Notes under the pieces: generated by a model
The model's database searches: none
What the model was told of the DNA's origin: nothing
What the model saw: only the letters and a program-made list of their open reading frames with translations
Program-made: the position numbers and the translations under genes
Part shown: positions 15,370 to 26,900 of the stretch, one piece after another
Position numbering within the stretch: position 1 is the first letter of the stretch
Layout of the letters: every line of letters begins with the position of its first letter
Source: Erysipelotrichaceae bacterium MTC7
GTDB taxonomy: Bacteria; Bacillota_I; Bacilli_A; Erysipelotrichales; Erysipelotrichaceae
Reading direction: 5' to 3'
NCBI GenBank assembly: GCA_001695645.1
Contig: LVZN01000017.1
Span: 7,950 to 39,949 of the forward strand
Length of the DNA: 32,000 nucleotides

Positions 15370-18300
15370 TTAAATTCTTTCCTTTTTCTTTTTAAAGAGT
15401 AAAATCATTACACCTAAAAGTGAACTGATGCATATCAATCCTAAAGTTCCAGATTGTGTTTCATCACCACTATTCACATTCTTTGATGGTTTTGTTGAAG
15501 AGCCATCCTTTGTATCAACAGAAGGATTTGATATTACATAATCTGGATGATTTGGCTTTGTATGACTAGCATCTCCATTTGCTTTCTTTTCCAAGCCATA
15601 TACAGCTTCATCTAGTATTTTTGATAATTCCAGCATCATGTTTGCTTCTTGTTGTGCATCACCCTCTGGTGTTATTAAAAACGCTTCAACCTTTTCTATG
15701 GCTTCCATTAGTTTTGTAACGGAAGCTTCTGTATACATATCGTAAGAGATAGATTTAATTGCTTTTACCTTCTCTTCCAAGTAACTTCTATCAACTTTTA
15801 GTCGAAGGCTCGAAATTGCCATTGATAAATCCGATACCTGTTTTTCAACTTCTGCTTTTGTTGCTTCAGGATTATCGTAGACTACTTGTGATTTACTTAA
15901 TGCTTCAACTAGTGCAGCATATGAAGTTTCAGTATAACGTTCGTGCATTGAAGATTTACTATTTGCAACATTAATCAAGTATGCAAGCAAGCTCTTATCT
16001 GGTTTGCTAACCAATCCTGCGTATGTAGTATTTAAGTTTTCTAGTGCTTCATCGATTTCTGGTTGCAATGCTCCGCCTTCTAACGTTAGTATTCCATAAG
16101 CATATTCTAGTGCTTCAATAAATAGCTCTTTAGTAGCACCATTATGATATTTATCTAAATCAAGTGCATTACATGTGTCATATAATTGTTGAAGTAAAGT
16201 AAGATCACCTTTAACTAAGCTTAGGTATGTAAATGCTTCTGATAACCTTATAACACTTGCATTTACTTCTTCTTCTGTTGCATCCACTTTTTCATAAATC
16301 GTTTTTGCTTCTGCTAATGCTTCTAACACTTCTGTTTTTGCTGGACCAATTAATTCATCCACATATCCAAGTGTTACATTTTCATCCATCATATCAATGA
16401 ATAATTTCAATGCTGTTTTTTGAACATCCGTGCTTTCTGTTTCATCCTTTTCGAAAGTCACATTTACAATCGTATGCATTGTTGGGATGAATGTGTATGG
16501 GTTATCTGTAACTACAGTTGCTTCATCTCTTGTACGTTCACTAATAGACCAAGATTTAAAGACATAACCATTACTTGGTAATGCATTGATCGTAACTGAA
16601 CCATCTTCATTTCTAGTTACCTCAACTGATCCATGTGAAGTATCTTCAATTTTAATTTCTACCGAATATGGCACGAATTTAGTACTAAGATTAACATCAT
16701 TTTCAAATGGCTTAGCAACATCTACTTTAGTATCTCCTTCATAGTATCCATCAAATTCATATCCTGGCTTTTGAGGTCGTGGTAAGTCTAGCCCTTCACC
16801 TACAGGAACAAGATATTCCGTACCATCAATGTCAACAACATATGCTTCTCTTGTAAAACGAGCCTCCAAATTTGTATTCGCATTTACGGTAAATGTTAGT
16901 GTTGAATCTGTTGAAATCACTGTATCACTAAAATCAATCCACCCTATAAATACATATCCCTTTGCTGGTGTTGCCGTTAACGTTACTTCTGTACCAGCAT
17001 CATATTGCCCTGTACCGTCTACCGTGCCTTCACCAGTATAATCAACATATACATTCATCTGTGATTTAGGTATGGAAGCTACATCAAACTCAGACACAGC
17101 GACCCAACCATCATTTGATGACTTTGCAACAAACTTTATGTAACGAACGTCCTGTTCATCAAAGTAAAACGTCTTTTGCGAACGATCTGCTGCAAATAAA
17201 GCATCTTCAGCTACTTGAATCCATTCTTCATCATTTGAAGCCTTCACAAATAAATCTGCTTTAGTAACAAGACCACTATTTGTGTCTGTACGCGGTGTAA
17301 ATGAGAAACTATTAATTGTATAAGTTTCATTCATATCGATTTCAGCATAAAAAGTGTTGTTTCCTGTCAGTTTATCAGTTGCACCTTTCCAGTTAGAATG
17401 CCATATCGAAGATGCGTTATTATCAAACGCATAACTTAAACGACCTTCAACATCGTTATAAATTGTTTCCGTATTTGTTTGCCCAGCCCATGCACTCTTA
17501 TTGTATGTATCTACAGAATGTGTCTTGGACACTTTGACATTATCAATCGTCGCTTGCACTGCATTTGTCTTTGAGCCAATTCGTTGAATTGGAATGTTAA
17601 AACTAGCATTTGTTAGGTTTTCCTTCTTAAGAATATCGTTATGGAAATATTTACCAACAGCATTTCCAATAAATTTACCATTGACATGCAATTCTGTTTT
17701 TTGTTGCTTTGATACAATTCTAATATTTACATTTTTCCCCACAGGCAACGTATAGTCAAATTCATAGTCGTATAGCTCTCTTGTAAATCCAAGTTTACCT
17801 GATTCCATAATTCGAATATCCTGTGTACCATAAGCAGCATCACTTTCAAAAATGACTTGACCAGGTTTTCCTACCTTATTCATTGTAATATCAAAAGAAA
17901 GTTCATTACCCTTACCTACTTTTGTTATTGGCGTTTCAACATATGATTTTTTCTGATCCAAAACTAACGCATCCTCATCAAGTTTCGCTTTGTTTTCTAA
18001 TATGTCTCGATTGTTTCCACTAGTATCTGACAAATCACCGAAAGTATATGTCGCAAGTTCATCCGTCTTAGATTCCAATTGAAAATATGGATTCGTTCTT
18101 GGCCCAATTCCGACATTACTTGCAATTGTTGTGAGATTATCAATCGTTCCTTTTTCTTTTCCAGTTGCTGCCCATGTTTTTTCAGCATATACAGGTAAGG
18201 CATCAAAGAAACGATAGAAATAATCTGACTCATCTAAGCCGGAAGCATGTTTATCAATATTGTCACTCCATATAGCAAAAACTGCCCCTAAAGCTTGATC

Positions 18301-18639
18301 ATCTCCTGAAGGTATGTATTTCCATCCACTGCTTCTTGTTGCAACCAGGTTTGCTTCAAAATTATTAAATACACTATTTATGTTTAACAAATCTCCGTAT
18401 GCACCTCTTCCCATGCCTCCATTTGGAACCATGTAGTTATAACTATCAATGGTATTGATTAGTTTATAACCCATATCGTACATTTCTATGCCATCAGCCC
18501 ATCCTGAAGACCATAAATTCATTTCTACATTCTCAATTGCTTCATCTATGATTTGTGTTTTACCATCGTTAATCCATGTCAAACCACCCCACATACGCAC
18601 CGTGTTTGTTTCTTTAATATAGGGAACAATTTGATTCAC
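15370..18639 (-). CDS. C-terminal portion of an interrupted GH20 beta-N-acetylhexosaminidase gene (catalytic-domain remainder, lectin/discoidin-type modules, FIVAR-like stalk, TM anchor)
   Basis: Same reading frame as 18700-20892. The frame is open from 18699 and reads TIVHIGADEFLSDYTAYRKF before the GTG used by the track. There is no signal peptide of its own. The tail is ...ETQSGTLGLICISSLLGVMILLFKKKKERI. Confidence 0.75.
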   Translation of the reverse strand: MNQIVPYIKETNTVRMWGGLTWINDGKTQIIDEAIENVEMNLWSSGWADGIEMYDMGYKLINTIDSYNYMVPNGGMGRGAYGDLLNINSVFNNFEANLVATRSSGWKYIPSGDDQALGAVFAIWSDNIDKHASGLDESDYFYRFFDALPVYAEKTWAATGKEKGTIDNLTTIASNVGIGPRTNPYFQLESKTDELATYTFGDLSDTSGNNRDILENKAKLDEDALVLDQKKSYVETPITKVGKGNELSFDITMNKVGKPGQVIFESDAAYGTQDIRIMESGKLGFTRELYDYEFDYTLPVGKNVNIRIVSKQQKTELHVNGKFIGNAVGKYFHNDILKKENLTNASFNIPIQRIGSKTNAVQATIDNVKVSKTHSVDTYNKSAWAGQTNTETIYNDVEGRLSYAFDNNASSIWHSNWKGATDKLTGNNTFYAEIDMNETYTINSFSFTPRTDTNSGLVTKADLFVKASNDEEWIQVAEDALFAADRSQKTFYFDEQDVRYIKFVAKSSNDGWVAVSEFDVASIPKSQMNVYVDYTGEGTVDGTGQYDAGTEVTLTATPAKGYVFIGWIDFSDTVISTDSTLTFTVNANTNLEARFTREAYVVDIDGTEYLVPVGEGLDLPRPQKPGYEFDGYYEGDTKVDVAKPFENDVNLSTKFVPYSVEIKIEDTSHGSVEVTRNEDGSVTINALPSNGYVFKSWSISERTRDEATVVTDNPYTFIPTMHTIVNVTFEKDETESTDVQKTALKLFIDMMDENVTLGYVDELIGPAKTEVLEALAEAKTIYEKVDATEEEVNASVIRLSEAFTYLSLVKGDLTLLQQLYDTCNALDLDKYHNGATKELFIEALEYAYGILTLEGGALQPEIDEALENLNTTYAGLVSKPDKSLLAYLINVANSKSSMHERYTETSYAALVEALSKSQVVYDNPEATKAEVEKQVSDLSMAISSLRLKVDRSYLEEKVKAIKSISYDMYTEASVTKLMEAIEKVEAFLITPEGDAQQEANMMLELSKILDEAVYGLEKKANGDASHTKPNHPDYVISNPSVDTKDGSSTKPSKNVNSGDETQSGTLGLICISSLLGVMILLFKKKKERI

Positions 18640-18699
18640 AAACTTACGATATGCAGTATAATCTGAGAGAAACTCATCTGCTCCGATATGGACGATCGT

Positions 18700-20892
18700 T
18701 TAAGAATCAAAAACAGGATCCGCACCCTTTGTATATTCATCAAAAATTTCTTTTATTTTATCAATTGCACTTTGTTTTGAAACGTCAATGTGATCAATCA
18801 ATGGTCGGTTTCCATTTAAACTACTAACTTTATTTTTCACCATAATTTCAGGCCATATTTTCGTAAATGAATTAGCATGTGCAGGAACATCAATTTCAGG
18901 GACAATTCTCATTCCCATCGAACGTTCCGAATTTATGTACGTTTTGAATTCTTCTTTTGTAAAATAGTAATCTTCGGCTGTAGGTGATTCTCCCTCATCA
19001 TTCGTTAAACTTGTTTCCAAGCGGAATGCATCATATGCTTTAAACGCTTCATTTTCTTGATCACCTTTTCCATATTTTTCAAGGAAAATATAATTATCAG
19101 AAAGGTGAAGTTGTAAATCATTCATTTTGTAATAACGCATTGTTCTTGAAACTTCTTTTATTAATTCCATAGAAATAGGTTTTCTAGCTACATCAAACAA
19201 GAAACCTCTTACCTTAAATCTTGGATAGTCACGCATAGATCCAATGTTATATGATAATCTATTTTGCTTATTCATTTGCAAAATGGTCTGCATTGCATAC
19301 ATATTACCCGTAGTTGATTCACTTCTTGCAATTACACGATCAGCAAGAATATCCATTGTATAACCTTCATCACCAAGTAAGTTGTCTGGTGCATCTACTA
19401 TGAAATTAAACGCATTTGCTTGTTCGCTATCATTTTTTTCTTTGGTAAGTGTAATCCCAGTTTGAGATTCATAATCTAAGATGAACTCATCAACAATAGT
19501 TCCCAATGAATCATTTGTATATACGACTTTATCTATTGTTTGGATGTCCAAAGTATCTGTTGTATTACTTGTCCATTCTTGAATTTCCGGTATAACAACT
19601 GGTTTCTCGTTTGCACCTTCATCTGCTTGATGTCTTCCTTTAACTACATATGGAATATCGCTTGTTATTTTAGATTCATTAGTAACTAAATCCGTTACTT
19701 CAAATGAAACTTGTACCGTTTTATCAACAAGTGGATGAACAACCTTACCATTTGATGCAATTATTTGTTCTAGATCTGCTCCGTTTAGTTTGATATCAAA
19801 ACCTTCGGGTACAACAGGCAATTGAAAAGTCTCATCACTTATTGGCACTTCGCCTGCTTGTAACGTTGCGATCACGGTATCTAAAGTATACCTTTCCCCT
19901 TGCTCATTTGAGTATGCTTCAAATTCACGTATGCTTATGTTGTTATAGCTTGGCGCAACACCAACAAAATCACAAAGAGTTATGTTTTTTGCGATAATTG
20001 GTGTTTCTAATTTTACTTTCACATCTGTAGTCCAACTGTTTTCCGTAACTGATGTATTATTGTAATTTTGAAGTGCATAGACCTCTTCTCCAGCTAAATT
20101 CGTATACTTGACACTAAACGACTGAATATTTGAGTTGTTTGGTGAGACATCTCTATTTAGAAAATAAATGTGTAATTCTTGTATTTTCGTATATTCATCA
20201 AAATCAGCTTTGAGCCATTGGTTTGTCAAACTTGTGTAATCACTTGCCCATCTTGTATCTTTGTTTCCATCATTTGCTTTTTGTGCATTCAATCGATCAA
20301 GATTCTCTTCAATAGTTGAAGCTGAAATTACTGCTTCGCGAACATGATTCACATCGACTTCTTCATTAACTTTTACTACTTCATCTGCATAAACCTCAAA
20401 CTCTTTGACTCCGACATTTACCCAGTTAATAGTGCCTCCCGTTGCATCTAGAATCGTCAGTTTTAATTCTGTTACTTCTATTGACTCCGTTAAGACAATC
20501 TTTTCTTCTTGTTTGGCTTTTTCATATTTTTCAAATATTGTAACAAATGTTCCATTAATTTTTCCTTCAATTTTGTATCCGGTTATATTTTGATTCTCAT
20601 CAGATCTTTCAAACAAAAGACTCATTTGTTTTACCGTTTTCGCTTCATCAAAGGAAAGATTTATCCATTCATCTTTTGCCCTATTCTGTGCAGTTCCCCA
20701 ATGTGTGTTAACGTCTCCATCAATAGCTTTGCTTGCATTCGTTGCATCTACTTCATAGCTGCTCGCACTTATTGTTGCATCCAATGCAAGATTTGGATTC
20801 TCAGGCGATCTCAACAAATTTAAATTAGGAAATGCAAGCATATTTACTACAATCACTACAATTAGTAATACGTGTACAATTCTTTTTTTCAT
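18700..20892 (-). CDS. N-terminal portion of the interrupted GH20 gene (signal peptide, two discoidin/CBM32-like modules, GH20 N-domain and first half of the catalytic barrel), ending at an in-frame TAA
   Basis: Begins MKKRIVHVLLIVVIVVNMLAF after a GGGGGA SD. GH20 motifs: RGFLFDVARKPIS, LQLHLSDN, VPEIDVPAHANS. The stop TAA (18700-18702) lies 4 codons before HIGADE. Confidence 0.8.
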   Translation of the reverse strand: MKKRIVHVLLIVVIVVNMLAFPNLNLLRSPENPNLALDATISASSYEVDATNASKAIDGDVNTHWGTAQNRAKDEWINLSFDEAKTVKQMSLLFERSDENQNITGYKIEGKINGTFVTIFEKYEKAKQEEKIVLTESIEVTELKLTILDATGGTINWVNVGVKEFEVYADEVVKVNEEVDVNHVREAVISASTIEENLDRLNAQKANDGNKDTRWASDYTSLTNQWLKADFDEYTKIQELHIYFLNRDVSPNNSNIQSFSVKYTNLAGEEVYALQNYNNTSVTENSWTTDVKVKLETPIIAKNITLCDFVGVAPSYNNISIREFEAYSNEQGERYTLDTVIATLQAGEVPISDETFQLPVVPEGFDIKLNGADLEQIIASNGKVVHPLVDKTVQVSFEVTDLVTNESKITSDIPYVVKGRHQADEGANEKPVVIPEIQEWTSNTTDTLDIQTIDKVVYTNDSLGTIVDEFILDYESQTGITLTKEKNDSEQANAFNFIVDAPDNLLGDEGYTMDILADRVIARSESTTGNMYAMQTILQMNKQNRLSYNIGSMRDYPRFKVRGFLFDVARKPISMELIKEVSRTMRYYKMNDLQLHLSDNYIFLEKYGKGDQENEAFKAYDAFRLETSLTNDEGESPTAEDYYFTKEEFKTYINSERSMGMRIVPEIDVPAHANSFTKIWPEIMVKNKVSSLNGNRPLIDHIDVSKQSAIDKIKEIFDEYTKGADPVFDS

Positions 20893-20954
20893 ATATCCCC
20901 CTTGTTGTCATTATTATGAATGAAGCAAACAGTCTTCCTGTTTGCTTCAAAATA

Positions 20955-23900
20955 CTAGTTCTCTTCTTTTTCTTTCTTCTTTAGTAAAATAAGTAAAATG
21001 AAACTCATTCCCACACCTGCTACGAAGTATACGTAACTTGGTAAGCCAGATGTAATTGTTGATTGTCCAACAATTGGTTTATCTTCTAGTTGCTCTTGTG
21101 CTTTGTCCGTTTCAGGAGCAATAGACTCGTTACCAATCACTTGGTCGTCATCGTTATCCCCAGGTGTTACTTGTGCAATTTGATTTGAATTATCTACAGT
21201 AACATCATTATTTGGTAATTGGTAATTTGGCCTTTCGTTTCCTCCACTATCGCCATTTCCTGGTTGCTCAGGAGTCGTTGGCTCTGATGGTTCAGGTTTC
21301 ACTTCTGGTTTTTCAGGCGTTTCTGGTTCTGTTGGTTTTTCATCTTTGATTTCCAACGTTGCCAATGCTTCATCCAGTTTTTCTGATAACGCTTGTAGTT
21401 GTACTGCTTCTACATCTGCTGGCTGTTCTGGTGTTGCCAAGAATGCTTCTGCATCACTAACCACAGACATCAGTCTTGCCACACTTGCTTCTGTATATGC
21501 TCCAAAGTCGGTTGCTTTGATCCCTTCTACTTTTGCACTTAAGTATGAACGATCTACTTTTAAGCGTAGTTGAGCGATTACTTTTGCAAGTTTATTTACT
21601 TGTGTACTGATTTGCTCTGCTGTTGCATCTTCATCTTCATACACTTCTTTTGCTTCTGCTAATGCTTCTAATAATGCACCGTAGCTTTCTTTTGTATATC
21701 GGTCTGCATTTGCATCTTTTGCCTCTGCTAGTGAAATCATGTATGCAAGTGCATCCTTACTTGGTTTTAATACCAATTGTACAAGTGTACTTTCTAACTG
21801 TTCATACGCTTCTTCAACCTCGTATGTAAGTGCTCCACCTTCAATACTCAATACTGCTTTTGCATTTTCTAGTGCAGCCATAAAGTTTTCTTTTGCTTCA
21901 TTGTTCATGTAGTCATCTAAATTCACTGCAAGACATTCATCATAAAGTGCTTGTAACTTTGTCATATCTGCTTTGATGTAATCAAGTAGCTCAAGTGCTT
22001 CTGTCAATCTAATAATTGAAAGACTCATTGCTTCACTTGTTGCATTTGCATCTTCATACAAGTCAATTGCTTCTTCTAGTGCAGCATAGTATTCTGCTTT
22101 TGCACCATCAATTAGCTTATCTACATTTCCGTTATCTACTTCAACTTGTGCGAGGTCGATGAAGATTTTTAGAATTTGTTTTTCCATAGATTCTGGTGCC
22201 ACTTGTTCCAATCCTTTATAAGCTTCATCTAATGAAGCGTATGCTTGATCAATTGCTTCTTGCGTTGGTGTATCACCACTTACGACTGCTTTTGCTGTCT
22301 CCAATGCTTCTTGAAGTGCAGTCCAACTTTCTGGTGTATATGCAGCTTCATCTAGTGCTTCAACTGTCTCAATTAACGTGTTAAGTTCACTCATATCTAC
22401 TGTCTCGTCGAGTAACTCAAGAGCATCAAACGTATTTTGAATTGCAGTAACTGCCTGTTCAATTTCTTCTTTTGTTCCATCCACTAGCAAGGCTTCAGCT
22501 GCTTCAACCGACTCTTTGTATGCAGTAAATGATTCTGTTGTATACAATGTTCCATCAATTGCATTGTATGTAGTAATTAATTCAACTAATGCCTCAACAT
22601 TAACAAGTGCTCCATAAGTGCTAAGCATTTGTTCTTTAAGTTCTTTTATTTCTAACGGATGTACACGGTTTTCTTGATCTGTATCAATCAACGCAAATAG
22701 TTCTTCCATTTTTTCTTGAAGTGCTGCGTATGACTTTGATGTATAACACTCACTATCTTTTAACTCAAGTGTTTCTATAGCAAGCATTGCTTGTTCTCTT
22801 TGGAAAATTGAGTATTCTAGTTTATCAATTGCACTTTGCACAGCTTCTTCAAGTTGAGTGGCTGTTGCTTGATCCAAGTTGCTCATGTCGTCTAATGCAT
22901 GTTCAAGAGCGTTTATAGCGATAGTGTACGTATTGAACGTAGTTACTGTATAAACTTGATCTTCATTACTTAATTTTTGATCCAACAATTCTTCAAGTTC
23001 GTTGCTATCTTCTAGTTTTGTTTTCGCATTTGAACGAGCTGTTTTTAGTGCACCAAGAGCCATATCTACCATTTCTTGTGAGCGGTGTTCTTTATGGTCG
23101 ATAATTTTTTGAGCGACGTTTGCTACTGAAGCATATGTATCTTTGCTACTTTGCGTCCACGTATCATCAACCCCTTTTGCAAGTTCCGCTTCAAGCGTTG
23201 TTGTATCCGCGCTACTTAGTGTTTTCCGCCCGATTGTAATTTCAGATATTTCTGGAATAATGTCTGACCAAGACACTTTGATTTCCTTAACCATACTTGT
23301 TTGTGCAAATAAGAACTCATTAATCGTTTGGTTGAGCTTTCCAACATTTACTTTTGTTCCATCAGCATAAGTAACTTCAACGGTTGCGCCCGAAATCGTA
23401 CCAAGTTGAACCAGTCGAATACTTTTCGCTCCTAAAGGATCGCTGATGCGATATGTAAAAGAACTATTTGTTGCAGATGACTTGTAAGTTGTTGTGAAGT
23501 CTTTATCTAACATGTTTGAAGGTTCGTGATTTCTTTGTTCAACATGTTCGCTAATAATATCTTTATTCGATTCCGTAGAAATATATGTTCCATTATTTAT
23601 TACAATTTCACCAAAGGCTACCCATCGGTGTGAATACGTTTTTAATGGGCGAACACGTAGGTATCGTCCACTTGCGTTCAAGTTTGTGCCTTCTGCATAC
23701 ATATTCCCAGGATTTTGTGAATCATGCGTTAACCATGCTGCATCTTTTGCTGTAGTAGCATCCCATACATTCTCAAAATTTTGTGCTTCATTAATTGTCA
23801 TAATCGGTGTATACACACCATCTGGTTGATTACTAATTTCAAATACTGCACTTCTTAAGTAATTAAGCTGTGTCTCATTCACATAGTAGCGGATTGAACT

Positions 23901-26900
23901 AAAGTCAATGGTTTGCCCTAAGTCAAATAAGATGTGTTTTGATGCATCTTGAGCACCAGTTACCATTCCATGTGTAGTCAAATCTCCGTCGAATACAGCA
24001 TCTACTTTTCTTGCTACACGTATGTCTTCATCATTTGCTTTTCCAAATGTACTTGTTACAGAACGTTCTCCAACAAATGTATAAGAGACTGCAAACCCTT
24101 CCGTTGAAAATTGCTGACTTTCATTTCCTGTATTGATAACGCGAATAAACTTTGCATCAACAGCTTCACTATTATACGTTTCCCAAGTATAGCCATTCAT
24201 TGATGTTTGAATTTCTAAACCACTTGATAATGATGTTGTAGTAATCGATGAAACCTCTTTGATGTTATCGAGCAGTACACCTATAAAGTCCCCATTCGCC
24301 AAAGTTACATTGCTTGTTGTTAAAGAGACAATTCCCTCTTCACTTAAATCTGCATATACATTGGCATTCGTATTTGTTAAGACATGCAACGTATCACCTT
24401 TTGTAGGCATCTCTTCAACTGTGAATGAGGTGAATTTCCCCCAACACTCGGCAACTTCTAAGTTTCTAATACGAATATATCTAGCTTGTAGACCATTTAA
24501 TTCAATATCTAAGGTATCTTTTCCACTACTTTTCCCAGTATACGCTTCATACCCTTCAACAGCATTCCACGTTTCATTGTCTAATGAGGTTTCGATTGCA
24601 TACGTTTTAAGTTTATCTCCGTTGTCATATCCGACAACGATATGTGCGTTCTTTAGTTTTGCAACTTTACCTAGATCATAACCAATAAAATCATCTACCA
24701 AGAAATCATCATTTGTTGTGTTTTCTGAACCATCAGGATCATACCACACAAAACTATCATCATTACCATTGTACAAGTTAGATTCGCTTCCTTGATATAC
24801 TTTCCAGCGATCTGTACGAATAATCGAATATGAAATTGGCGTTGCATCTTCCGCCTTAACATCAACTCTAAATTCTCCAATTCGCCACCAGATAGGTGCT
24901 AACACCTCATTACGAATCCGTACAGCAGTCGTCTCTATGTGCATGTCATCAAAAGCGAACACTTGCTCTCTTGCATTGGTAATATCGTCCAATGTTTTCC
25001 ATGTTTCACCATCTAAATACTCTAGCACTCCATCAGCAATAACATCACCTGCTACACTACCACCTTGCGCAAACGTTACCTTATCGAGAACTTGGGGTAT
25101 ATCAAATGTGTACATCAAGTAACTATCTGCTGGTACTTGGTCTTTATTTGGTTCTGTTAATTTCGCTAACCAAACTTCTTCGCCAGTCGCCGTTGGAATT
25201 ACACTGTCATTTAACTTATCAAAACTAACATTGTTTGCGCGGTCTAAATTTGTTGAGTAAGTCCCACTAACTTCTTCTATTGGCGTACTTTCTTTATTAA
25301 TTGTAATTTCGTGAACATTAAGATATGCATCTAATTTGTTATTCGCTGTTGCAATCAAGCGTATTCCTAATGCCTTAAAATCACTTGGTAATTCATCAGT
25401 TAGCAACTCCGCTTCTAAATATGAACCTTGTACCCCCAAGAATAGCTTACTTGAAATTGTTTCCCACGTTTCACCATCAAGAGTATATTCAAGTTTTGCA
25501 CTCTCCATATGATTTTTACCATTACCTAGTAAAAAGCGAATGTAATTTACATCAACAGTGCGATTAAACATAACCCCTACATAATCACCTTCGTATATCC
25601 AAACTGGATTTCTAAAACTCAATTGTGAGTTGTCATCACCGTCGAATACATTACTTGTTGAACCAACAGGATTATCTTTACGATTCGTAATAAATGTCTT
25701 GATAATTGCATCAGGATTTAAGATTGACTCTGCTTTCAAAGATGTGTATTCTGCTAACGTATTAATAAAAGGTACGATATGTTGCACACCAACCTCTGCT
25801 TTTTCATAGTGGTCCACATACCAGAAAGCATGTTCTTTAGATTGATCAAAACTCTCTTTTGCTTTTGTCTGGTAAGCCAGTAATCCACTTGAGTCACGAT
25901 TCAAATCTGCTTTAATTGCATTCAAATAGTTGATTGCAGCATCATTGGTTTCTTTCCAGCATTCTAACCAGTATTTCATTTGTTCTAGCAAACGTTCATC
26001 CCCACCTTGTGCAGTAAACACGTCAGTAGCTTTTTGTAAGGTCTCAAACTCTGCTTTTATTTGGTCTACATCAGCTTCAGTTACCAAGTTTTGTTTTAGT
26101 TTTTCTTTGAATTCATTTAATTTAGCTTTTAGTTCAACAGATTCTTGAAGAACTGTAACTCTACTATCCATATTTTGGTTGATCATGTGTTTCGATAATT
26201 CCCTAAAAGCAATCGATGCTTCGTTTTCGATAGCACTATTGTGATCAACATACTTGAATGAATTTGTCCATGTTTCATCTGCTTCTGCTTTATCTTCCCA
26301 AATGTTCCATGAATAACATGCATTACCAAAGATGGCTACTTTACTTGGTTCTGATTGTTGCATTGGATTCAACACAATCCCTTCAATTTTATTAGCGTCT
26401 ACACCTGGGTGCAAAAATGTATCATATCCACCCATGATTAAGTGTTTTTTAGAATTATCTGTACATGGCCAATTCACCCACATATAAGGCCCACGTCCAA
26501 CATTATTTGTGAATGTAGTTGTAAAACTGTCTGAGACTTCACCCCAAACACGTCCACCAGTCATAACAATTTGTACATTTTCTGGGAAATCAGCGTAGTA
26601 CTCATATCCATTTGTCATGTATTCCTGTGTACAAAATGGTAATGTTGTCTTTAAATCAGGATACGTTTCTTGCATCTCTTTTAGCCAATCGCTCATATCT
26701 TCAAGCGTACGAATGTAGTTCGCATTACCTACATGCCCTGCATCATCTGCTAAAATTGAAATTTGTCGAACACCTGCTTCAATTACTTGTGTGAATTTTG
26801 CCTTCATAACTGCTAAATCCGCTTGGTAATTCTCTTCGGAGTTGTATCGAATCGCGTTACTCATATATGGATGTAATGCAAAAACGAAACGACACTTCGA

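Noticed and set aside
18700-18702. The in-frame stop in GH20 as programmed recoding (selenocysteine, pyrrolysine or read-through)
   Set aside because: The codon is TAA, not TGA or TAG, and I see no SECIS-like hairpin immediately downstream. A nonsense mutation or sequencing error is the simpler explanation.
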